A stretch of 12,800 nucleotides of DNA from Candidatus Woesearchaeota archaeon (lineage in GTDB: Archaea; Nanobdellota; Nanobdellia; Pacearchaeales; GW2011-AR1), in assembly GCA_964588735.1 (NCBI GenBank), contig CAZPQF010000002.1, positions 18,174-30,973 on the forward strand, written 5' to 3'. Shown one piece after another: positions 6,143 to 12,762 of the stretch (position 1 is its first letter; each line of letters opens with the position of its first letter). The notes beneath the pieces were generated by a model. It made no database searches. It was not told the DNA's origin and saw nothing but the letters and a program-made list of their open reading frames with translations. The position numbers were made by a program, and so were the translations under genes.

Positions 6143-9100
6143 ATGCCTTTAAAAATAATAAAAAGAGATGGTAGGATTGTTGATTTTGAAAAAGAGAAAA
6201 TTATTAAAGCTATTTGGAAAGCTGCAAAAGCAGTTGGCGGTAAAAATAAAGAAAAAGCAAAAGAACTTGGAAATTTAGTTGTTAAAGAAGCTAATAAAAA
6301 ATTTGGTAAAAGAACACCACAGGTAGAAGAAATTCAAGATATTGTTGAAAAAATTTTAATTGAAGAAGGGCATGCAAAAACAGCAAAAGCATATATATTA
6401 TATAGAAAAAGCCATCAGGATTTAAGAGATATCAAGGCAATTTTTGATACAATAGAAGCTGTTGAAGATTATGTTGGTGTTAATGATTGGGAAATAAAAG
6501 AAAATTCAAATATGGATTTTTCATTGCAAGGATTAAATAATTATATTACAGATAAAATAATAAAAAATTATTGGCTGGGAAGAATTTATCCAGAAAAAAT
6601 CAGAAAAGTTCATTTAAATGCAGATATTCATATTCATGATTTAGGGGTATTAGGACCTTATTGTGTTGGATGGGATTTAAAAGATTTATTAACAGTTGGT
6701 TTTAAAGGAGTTAGAGGTAAAGTTGAATGTTCTCCACCAAAACATTTGAGGGCTGCTATTGGACAGATTTTTAATTTTTTCTTTACATTACAGGGAGAGG
6801 CTGCAGGAGCCCAGGCTTTTTCAAATTTTGATACTTTGCTCGCACCATTTATTAGATATGATAATCTTTCATATAAAGAAGTTAAACAATCTATGCAAGA
6901 ATTTTGTTTTAATCTTGCTGTTCCAACAAGAGTAGGATTTCAATGTATGTCAGAAGACACAGAAATTTTAACTTCTGAAGGATGGGCAGGATATAAAGAA
7001 TTAAAAAAAGGAGATAAAATAAAAACATTTAATATTAAAAAAAAGGTAATTGAGGATAAACCAATCAAAAAACTTTTTTCAAAGAAATATTCTGGAAAGA
7101 TGTATAATCTAAAAAATAGAATACAAGATCAATTAATTTCTCCGAATCATAGGATTGTAAGAAAGAAATTTCATGGTGATAAATATGTTCTTGAAAAAAT
7201 AGAAGATGTTGCAAAGATGAAATCCCCTTTTATTATACCGATTGCAGGAAAGAATAAAAATAAAAATGCAAAGATTAGTGATAATAAGATTAAACTTTTG
7301 GCATGGATTATCGGAGAAGGGAATATTGAAAGGCCGGGAAAACATGGATGTTGTTATAGAATTAGTATTTATCAATCTGCTAAAAAGAATAATGAATATT
7401 ATAAGGAAATAAAAAAACTATTAGAACATTTTAAATTAAAATATTCTGAATATACACAGAAAGGTCTTGGTCAAGAAGTTCAAAGAATAAGATTAAATGC
7501 TGAATCTTCAAGAAAGATACATTCCTGGTTTGGGACAAAACAAACTATAGGGTTTATTCCTAATTCACTTTTAAATATGAATGAAAGACAATCAAAACTT
7601 TTTCTTGATGCATATATGAAAGCAGAAGGATTTGAAAACTGCAAAATAGCTACCAGTGATAAGAGTATTTTAGATGGATTACAAGCAATAGCATTAAACG
7701 CTGGTTATGGTTCTACAGTATTAATTAGAAAACCGACTATTGGCAAGAAACCTACTTTTATTTTAAGAATTATAAAACATAAAGAGACCTATATACAAAA
7801 AATAAAAGAAGTTGATTATAATGGAATTATTTGGTGTCCTAATACTGATAATGAAACAGTAATTGCCAGAAGAAATGGCAAGGTGTTTATTACCGGAAAT
7901 ACACCTTTTACAAATATTACTCTTGATTTAAAAATTCCGAAACATATGAAAAATGAACCAGTTATTTATGGCGGAAAACCTCAAAAAGAAACATATGGAA
8001 AATTTCAAAAAGAAGTTGATATGATAAACAGAGCTTTTGCAGAAGTTATGATAGAAGGAGATGCAAATGGAAGAGTTTTTACATTTCCTATACCTACTTA
8101 TAATATAACAAAAAATTTTGATTGGGATAATCCAGAACATAATTTAATATGGGAAATGACATCAAAATATGGTATTCCATATTTTTCAAATTTTATAAAT
8201 TCAGATATGGATCCAGAAGATGCAAGGAGTATGTGTCCTTTAGCAGGTGATGAGAAAGTCTTGATTAAATCTTCAAGAGGAAGAAATTTAGAATATGCTG
8301 AGATAAGAAATGTTTTTAAAAGTAAAAGGAAAAATCAATATGAAATCTATAGTAATGGGAAATTTGTAAAAGGGAGATTTAATTCTTTTAAAAATCAAAA
8401 AATGATTAAGGTTATCTTAGAAAATGGGCATGAAATAAAAATGTCTAAAGAACATTTAAATTTTGTTTTGAAAAATAAAGAAGGAAAACAAAAAGAGATT
8501 AAAGGGAAAGATCTACGAGAAGGAATGTATCTTCCTTATTCTCTCAATGTTTATGAAGGGGAAGGAGGAAATAAAGAATTGGGTTATTTTGTAGGAGCTT
8601 ATGCAGGAGATGGTTCTTTTGACAAAGAAGGAAGTGTGATTTTTTCTTTAGAAGGAAATTATAAAAAACAAATTATAAGCAAATTACAGAAAATAGCAAA
8701 AAAATATTTTGGAGCCCATAGTGTTATTAAAAAACATTCTAAATCAAAATTAGTGACATTAAAAATTCATTCTAAATCAGCTGTGGGTTTATGCAAAGAT
8801 TTTGTAGAAGGTATAAAAAGAGAGAAACATTATAAAGCAAGATTATTTTCTATGAGTCAAGAATTTAGGAGAGGGGTATTAGAAGGACATTATGATACAG
8901 ATGGGGGCAATCGAGGAAGAATTTATACATCTTCAAAAAAAATGATTGAGTCTTTAAACATGCTTGCTGCAACCTTAGGAACCACTACTTCAATATATAA
9001 GGACCATAGAGAAGGAAGATTAGGAAAAGAAGCTAATTATGCTGTTTTAATTTATAAGCTGAATAGGGAAAATTATGGAAATTTTTGGTTTAAAAAGAAA

Positions 9101-10171
9101 GATAAATTATGGGTAAAAATAAAAAGCATTAAAAAAATTAATAATTCTACAGCATATTGTTTTGGAGTAGATAAAGAGGCTCCAGAATTCACGGTTGGGA
9201 CTACAGGGATTTTAACACACAATTGCAGATTAAGGTTAGATCAAAGTGAACTTAGAAAAAGAGGAGGTGGATTATTTGGAAGCAATCCATTAACAGGAAG
9301 TATTGGTGTTGTAACAATAAATATGCCTAGAATAGGATATTTATCTAAAAATGAACAAGAATTTTTTGAAAAATTAGAAGAATTAATGGAGCTTGCAAAA
9401 GAAAGTTTAGAGATTAAAAGAAAAATTTTAGAAAAATTTACAGAAACTGGTTTATATCCTTATTCAAGATATTATTTAAGATATGTTAAAAAAAGATTTG
9501 GAAATTACTGGGCAAATCACTTTTCTACAATAGGATTGTTAGGAATGAATGAAGCAATTATTAATCTTTTTCCTGATGAAAATATTTCCACAGAAAAAGG
9601 AAGAGTATTTGCATTAAAAGTTTTAGAGTTTATGAGACATAAACTTGAAGATTATCAAAAAGAAACAGGACAAATTTATAATTTAGAGGCAACACCTGGT
9701 GAAGGAACAACTTATAGATTTGCAAGAGCAGATAAAAAAAGATTTCCAAATATAAAAGTAACTAATGAGAAGGTTGTTGAAAAGGGAGCAAAACCATATT
9801 ATACAAATTCTACACATCTTCCAGTTAATTATACAGATGATTTGTTTGAAGCATTAGAATTACAAGACCCATTACAAACAGAATATACTGGAGGAACAGT
9901 ATTTCATAGTTTTGTTGGTGAGAAAATAGATAAAAATGCCGTGAAAATATTGGTTAAAAAAATAGCTGAAAATTTTAAAATGCCTTATTTTACTATAACT
10001 CCTACTTTTTCAATCTGTCCAATTCATGGTTATATTCCAGGAGAACATGAATATTGTCCTAAATGTGAATTAATTCAAGAATCACGTGTTAATGTAAAAA
10101 AACAAAATTTAAAAAATAATTCTAATCAAAATAAAAAAATGGAGGTGTTTCAACATGAAAACAAAATGTGA
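6143..10171 (+). CDS. nrdD: anaerobic (class III) ribonucleoside-triphosphate reductase large chain, with N-terminal ATP-cone and two inteins, lacking the glycyl-radical motif in frame
   Basis: ATP-cone at the N-terminus (LKIIKRDGRIVDFEKEKI...AYILYRK). NrdD motifs TPFTNITLD, CRLRLD...RGGGLFG...TGSIGVVTINMPRIGY and the Zn site CPIHGY...CPKC are present. The exteins sum to 693 aa. The frame ends in a low-complexity tail (LIQESRVNVKKQNLKNNSNQNKKMEVFQHENKM) instead of RVxGY. Confidence 0.93.
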   Translation: MPLKIIKRDGRIVDFEKEKIIKAIWKAAKAVGGKNKEKAKELGNLVVKEANKKFGKRTPQVEEIQDIVEKILIEEGHAKTAKAYILYRKSHQDLRDIKAIFDTIEAVEDYVGVNDWEIKENSNMDFSLQGLNNYITDKIIKNYWLGRIYPEKIRKVHLNADIHIHDLGVLGPYCVGWDLKDLLTVGFKGVRGKVECSPPKHLRAAIGQIFNFFFTLQGEAAGAQAFSNFDTLLAPFIRYDNLSYKEVKQSMQEFCFNLAVPTRVGFQCMSEDTEILTSEGWAGYKELKKGDKIKTFNIKKKVIEDKPIKKLFSKKYSGKMYNLKNRIQDQLISPNHRIVRKKFHGDKYVLEKIEDVAKMKSPFIIPIAGKNKNKNAKISDNKIKLLAWIIGEGNIERPGKHGCCYRISIYQSAKKNNEYYKEIKKLLEHFKLKYSEYTQKGLGQEVQRIRLNAESSRKIHSWFGTKQTIGFIPNSLLNMNERQSKLFLDAYMKAEGFENCKIATSDKSILDGLQAIALNAGYGSTVLIRKPTIGKKPTFILRIIKHKETYIQKIKEVDYNGIIWCPNTDNETVIARRNGKVFITGNTPFTNITLDLKIPKHMKNEPVIYGGKPQKETYGKFQKEVDMINRAFAEVMIEGDANGRVFTFPIPTYNITKNFDWDNPEHNLIWEMTSKYGIPYFSNFINSDMDPEDARSMCPLAGDEKVLIKSSRGRNLEYAEIRNVFKSKRKNQYEIYSNGKFVKGRFNSFKNQKMIKVILENGHEIKMSKEHLNFVLKNKEGKQKEIKGKDLREGMYLPYSLNVYEGEGGNKELGYFVGAYAGDGSFDKEGSVIFSLEGNYKKQIISKLQKIAKKYFGAHSVIKKHSKSKLVTLKIHSKSAVGLCKDFVEGIKREKHYKARLFSMSQEFRRGVLEGHYDTDGGNRGRIYTSSKKMIESLNMLAATLGTTTSIYKDHREGRLGKEANYAVLIYKLNRENYGNFWFKKKDKLWVKIKSIKKINNSTAYCFGVDKEAPEFTVGTTGILTHNCRLRLDQSELRKRGGGLFGSNPLTGSIGVVTINMPRIGYLSKNEQEFFEKLEELMELAKESLEIKRKILEKFTETGLYPYSRYYLRYVKKRFGNYWANHFSTIGLLGMNEAIINLFPDENISTEKGRVFALKVLEFMRHKLEDYQKETGQIYNLEATPGEGTTYRFARADKKRFPNIKVTNEKVVEKGAKPYYTNSTHLPVNYTDDLFEALELQDPLQTEYTGGTVFHSFVGEKIDKNAVKILVKKIAENFKMPYFTITPTFSICPIHGYIPGEHEYCPKCELIQESRVNVKKQNLKNNSNQNKKMEVFQHENKM
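6944..7900 (+). mobile_element. intein 1 in NrdD (319 aa, LAGLIDADG homing-endonuclease type)
   Basis: Begins CMSEDTEILTSEGW (block A). Block B is ISPNHRIV. LAGLIDADG-like motifs are LLAWIIGEGN and LFLDAYMKAEG. It ends NGKVFITGN, followed by +1 Thr of the conserved TPFTNITLD. Removal joins ...PTRVGFQ to TPFTN.... Confidence 0.85.
8234..9223 (+). mobile_element. intein 2 in NrdD (330 aa, LAGLIDADG homing-endonuclease type)
   Basis: Begins CPLAGDEKVLI. Block B is MSKEHLNFV. LAGLIDADG motifs are LGYFVGAYAGDGS and VLEGHYDTDGG. It ends GILTHN, followed by +1 Cys of CRLRLD. Removal joins ...DARSM to CRLRLDQSELRKRGGG. The boundary is uncertain by one residue. Confidence 0.88.
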
Positions 10172-10298
10172 AGTTTATTCAAGAGTAGTGGGTTATTTAA
10201 GACCAGTAGATAAATGGAATGAAGGAAAAGCCGAGGAATTTAAAGATAGGAAAACTTTTTCAGTTTCAGATAGAGAAAATAAAAAAATAAAAGAATAA
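10155..10298 (+). CDS. nrdD: 47-aa ORF encoding the NrdD glycyl-radical motif as a separate reading frame
   Basis: MKTKCEVYSRVVGYLRPVDKWNEGKAEEFKDRKTFSVSDRENKKIKE carries the class III RNR radical signature RVxGY...WNxGKxxEFxxR. It is in the +1 frame relative to 6143-10171 and overlaps it by 17 nt. GGAGGTG at 10141-10147 lies 7 nt upstream of the ATG. The ORF is too short to appear in the ORF track. Confidence 0.75.
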   Translation: MKTKCEVYSRVVGYLRPVDKWNEGKAEEFKDRKTFSVSDRENKKIKE

Positions 10299-10313
10299 AA
10301 ATATGAATTTAAA

Positions 10314-11024
10314 ATGAAAATAGCAGGACTTCAAAAATTAACATTAATTGATTATCCAGGAAAAATAGCCTGCACTATTTTTTTATTTGGTTGTAATTTT
10401 AGGTGTGGTTTTTGCCATAATCCTGAATTGGTTATTGCAGATGAAATTTCAGAAGAATATTCCCAAGAACAAATTATTGATTTTCTTAAACAAAGAAAAA
10501 AATATTTAGACGCTGTTTGTATTACAGGGGGAGAACCATTAATTAATCAAGACATTATAGAATTTTTAAAAAAAATAAAACAAATTGGTTATTTAATTAA
10601 AATAGACACAAATGGAACAAATCCTGAATTATTGAAAAAAATAATTGATGAAAAATTAGTGGATTATATTGCTATGGATATTAAATCTGATAAAGAACAT
10701 TATCATATTTTAGCAAATGTTGATATAGATATAGGAAAAATAGAAGAATCAATTAAACTTATCTCTGATTTTAGCAATTATGAATTTAGAACTACTGTTA
10801 TACCAACACACCATAATAAAGAGATAATGAAAAATATTGGAGAATGGATGAATAATATTTGTGAAAAAATTCCTGAAAATTATTATTTACAGAATTTTAT
10901 TTCCCGAGAAAATAAGATGATTGACGAAAGTTTTGAAAAAATAAGATCTTTTTCTGACCAAGAATTAGAAGAATTAAAAAATAGTGTTAATGGTTATTTT
11001 AAAAATATTGAAATTAGAAATTAA
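10314..11024 (+). CDS. nrdG: anaerobic ribonucleotide reductase activating enzyme (radical SAM)
   Basis: The CNFRCGFCHNP CxxxCxxC radical-SAM cluster motif lies near the N-terminus, and GGEPL is present. Size and position directly after nrdD fit nrdG. Confidence 0.9.
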   Translation: MKIAGLQKLTLIDYPGKIACTIFLFGCNFRCGFCHNPELVIADEISEEYSQEQIIDFLKQRKKYLDAVCITGGEPLINQDIIEFLKKIKQIGYLIKIDTNGTNPELLKKIIDEKLVDYIAMDIKSDKEHYHILANVDIDIGKIEESIKLISDFSNYEFRTTVIPTHHNKEIMKNIGEWMNNICEKIPENYYLQNFISRENKMIDESFEKIRSFSDQELEELKNSVNGYFKNIEIRN

Positions 11025-11025
11025 A

Positions 11026-11607
11026 ATGATAATTGGATTAACAGGAACAAAATCATCTGGAAAAGGAGCTGTTGCTGAAATTCTGAAAAATAAGGGTTTT
11101 GCAATTTTATCATTATCAGACCAAGTAAGAGAAGAAGCAATAAAAAGAGGATTACTTAATTATCAGGCAAAAGATTTACAAAACATAGGTAATGATTTAA
11201 GAGAAAAATATAGTGTAGGTGTTTTAGCACAAAGAACATTGCAATTTATAGAACAAAATAAAAATAATATAAATAATTCTAACAAAAACTATGTTATTGA
11301 CGGTATTAGAAATATTGGAGAAATTAAGGTTTTTAGAAAAAGACCAGATTTTTATTTAATATCATTAGATGCTCCTATAAAAGAGAGATTTCAGAGATTT
11401 GTAAAAAGAAATAGAAAAGGGGATTCTGAAATTTGGAAAGAATTTTTAGAAATTGATAAAAAAGATAAAGGTATTGGTGAGAAAAATACAGGACAACAGG
11501 TTAGAAAATGTATTGAATTTGCTGATCAAATAATTTATAATAATTCTAGTTTTAAACAATTACAATTAGATGTAGAAAAGATTTTAGAAAAAATATCAAA
11601 AAAATAA
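11026..11607 (+). CDS. P-loop small nucleotide/nucleoside kinase (CoaE/UPF0200-like)
   Basis: MIIGLTGTKSSGKGAVAEIL is an N-terminal Walker A, and LSLSDQVREEAIKRGL resembles archaeal UPF0200/dephospho-CoA-kinase-like proteins. The start is taken as ATG 11026, 2 nt after the nrdG stop, not the overlapping 10984 start in the ORF track. Substrate is unknown. Confidence 0.65.
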   Translation: MIIGLTGTKSSGKGAVAEILKNKGFAILSLSDQVREEAIKRGLLNYQAKDLQNIGNDLREKYSVGVLAQRTLQFIEQNKNNINNSNKNYVIDGIRNIGEIKVFRKRPDFYLISLDAPIKERFQRFVKRNRKGDSEIWKEFLEIDKKDKGIGEKNTGQQVRKCIEFADQIIYNNSSFKQLQLDVEKILEKISKK

Positions 11608-11669
11608 TTATCAAAAGATTTATTAATACAATTTATGTAAAAAAAACATAAAGATAGGAGGAAATTTAA

Positions 11670-11987
11670 ATGGCAGAGGATTTGGAAATAAGTGGAAAAG
11701 AATTTGATAATAAAATCAGTGAAGGAGTTGTAGTAATTGATTTTTATGCTGAATGGTGTATGCCTTGTCTTATGATGGCTCCTATTATAGAAGAACTTGC
11801 TGAAAAATTTAAAGATAAAATTAGTTTTGCTAAATTAAATATAGATGATAATTCTGAAATTGCACAAGAATATAGTGTTATGTCAATTCCAACTTTAATT
11901 ATATTTAAGGATGGAAAAGAAGTTGAAAGAATTGTTGGTAGTTTGCCTCAAGATTTATTAGAAGAAAAAATTGGAAAACATGCTTAA
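11670..11987 (+). CDS. trxA: thioredoxin with a WCMPC active site
   Basis: VVIDFYAEWCMPC...SIPTLIIFKDGKEV shows the thioredoxin fold signature, including the cis-Pro context. GGAGG at 11657-11661 lies 8 nt upstream. Confidence 0.9.
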   Translation: MAEDLEISGKEFDNKISEGVVVIDFYAEWCMPCLMMAPIIEELAEKFKDKISFAKLNIDDNSEIAQEYSVMSIPTLIIFKDGKEVERIVGSLPQDLLEEKIGKHA

Positions 11988-12002
11988 TCTGCATAAAAAA
12001 AC

Positions 12003-12031
12003 TTTTTAAACTATTATTTACTCTGTTTTTT
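12003..12031 (+). terminator. oligo-T tracts (T5, T6) downstream of trx
   Basis: TTTTT at 12003-12007 and TTTTTT at 12026-12031 lie between the trx stop and the tRNA gene. Confidence 0.3.
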
Positions 12032-12057
12032 ATCATTATCATTTAATAATGAGTTAA

Positions 12058-12165
12058 GGCTCCGTAGCTCAGCCTGGTTAGAGCACTAGGCTTTTACTGA
12101 GGTCAGAGAAAAAACTGACTTTAGGAGATACCTAGGTGTCGAGGGTTCAAATCCCTCCGGGGCCA
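12058..12165 (+). tRNA. tRNA-Lys(UUU) with a 33-nt intron at the canonical 37/38 position
   Basis: Acceptor GGCTCCG/CGGGGCC (one G-U pair) with discriminator A. D arm GCTC-AGCCTGGTTA-GAGC. Anticodon stem CTAGG/CCTAG with mature loop CUUUUAA (anticodon 12093-12095). T arm GAGGG-TTCAAAT-CCCTC. CCA is not encoded. The mature length is 75 nt. Confidence 0.93.
12097..12129 (+). other. bulge-helix-bulge tRNA intron
   Basis: Perfect hBHBh' motif. The 5-bp anticodon stem is followed by a 3-nt bulge AUA (12128-12130). A 4-bp helix follows (12091-12094 with 12124-12127), then a 3-nt bulge UAC (12095-12097). A 9-bp intron helix closes it (12098-12106 with 12115-12123). Both predicted cleavage sites fall after the second bulge nucleotide. 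Confidence 0.8.
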
Positions 12166-12178
12166 TTTAATATTTGGA
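12153..12178 (+). repeat. direct repeat copy 1: tRNA-Lys 3' end plus 13 nt downstream (CCCTCCGGGGCCATTTAATATTTGGA)
   Basis: The same sequence recurs at 12254-12278 with one fewer G. Confidence 0.85.
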
Positions 12179-12253
12179 TCTGGAGAAGATGGTTCAAATA
12201 CTTCAAAATGTAAATTTTGAATGTTGCCAAAATTTCTTTAGAAATTTTTAGTA

Positions 12254-12278
12254 CCCTCCGGGCCATTTAATATTTGGA
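12254..12278 (+). repeat. direct repeat copy 2: orphan tRNA 3'-end fragment (CCCTCCGGGCCATTTAATATTTGGA)
   Basis: 25/26 identity to 12153-12178, about 100 nt downstream. No 5' tRNA half precedes it. A decayed T-arm-like piece (GGTTCAAAT, 12191-12199) lies between the copies. Confidence 0.85.
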
Positions 12279-12392
12279 CTTTAGAATTTTCCGAAACATT
12301 TTTAAACCAATTTTTTCTATCTTTTAGTATTGGAAAGTTGTTAAAGGAATCCCCAAATAAACCATTTTAAATCCTGAGGTATAGTCAACCAA

Positions 12393-12656
12393 ATGCATAT
12401 TCTACAGCCAAAACATTCTAAATTAAAACAAGAAGATGTTGAAAAATTACTTATAAAATTAAATGTTTCTAGAGCTCAGCTACCAAAGATTAGACGTGAT
12501 GATGCAGCAATAGTTAATTTAAATCCACAAATAGGAGATATAATAAAAATAGAAAGAAAAGAGGGCAATGAGGATTCAAAAGATTCTCAAGTTCTTGTTT
12601 TAAAAGGTAAAACTTCGAGTGATAAAATAAATTTATATTACAGGGTTGTTATTTGA
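12393..12656 (+). CDS. rpoH: DNA-directed RNA polymerase subunit H (Rpo5)
   Basis: HILQPKH...EDVEKLL...QLPKIRRDDAA...IGDIIKIERK...YYRVVI matches the archaeal RpoH pattern. It is followed by a probable rpoB start, as in the conserved archaeal rpoH-rpoB order. Confidence 0.85.
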   Translation: MHILQPKHSKLKQEDVEKLLIKLNVSRAQLPKIRRDDAAIVNLNPQIGDIIKIERKEGNEDSKDSQVLVLKGKTSSDKINLYYRVVI

Positions 12657-12677
12657 AATTCCTTAAAGGAAAAAAAT

Positions 12678-12703
12678 CAAAAGAAAAAATGAAACAAAAA
12701 AAA
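12678..12703 (+). repeat. direct repeat copy 1 of the rpoB start region (CAAAAGAAAAAATGAAACAAAAAAAA)
   Basis: An exact 26-nt copy recurs at 12737-12762 (59-nt offset). This copy includes an ATG (12689) that opens a 20-codon ORF. Confidence 0.8.
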
Positions 12704-12736
12704 TTAGAAATTTTTAAATTTCATTTTTCGAAAAAA

Positions 12737-12762
12737 CAAAAGAAAAAATGAAACAAAAAAAA
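12737..12762 (+). repeat. direct repeat copy 2, containing the probable genuine rpoB start codon
   Basis: Exact 26-nt match to 12678-12703. The ATG at 12748 opens a frame that runs to the window edge. Confidence 0.8.

Noticed and set aside
10070-10163. The nrdD insert as an archaeal bulge-helix-bulge mRNA intron or a terminal-inverted-repeat transposon (MITE)
   Set aside because: The junctions are direct repeats, not complementary. I could only find a bulged ATGTGAA/TTCAACAT pairing (10063-10069 with 10149-10156). There are no two 3-nt bulges flanking a 4-bp helix, and no terminal inverted repeats. This is not excluded experimentally, so it is kept as an alternative under the main finding.
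10984-11025. 14-aa N-terminal extension of the P-loop kinase overlapping the end of nrdG
   Set aside because: The Walker A GLTGxxxSGKG normally sits within the first 15 residues or so. ATG 11026 places it there and starts 2 nt after the nrdG stop.
12179-12265. A possible second tRNA or split-tRNA half after tRNA-Lys (T-loop-like GGTTCAAAT and CCA-less acceptor 3' end)
   Set aside because: There is no complementary 5' acceptor strand, D arm or anticodon arm. The T-stem pairs at only 3 of 5 positions. It is better explained as decayed tRNA 3' fragments.
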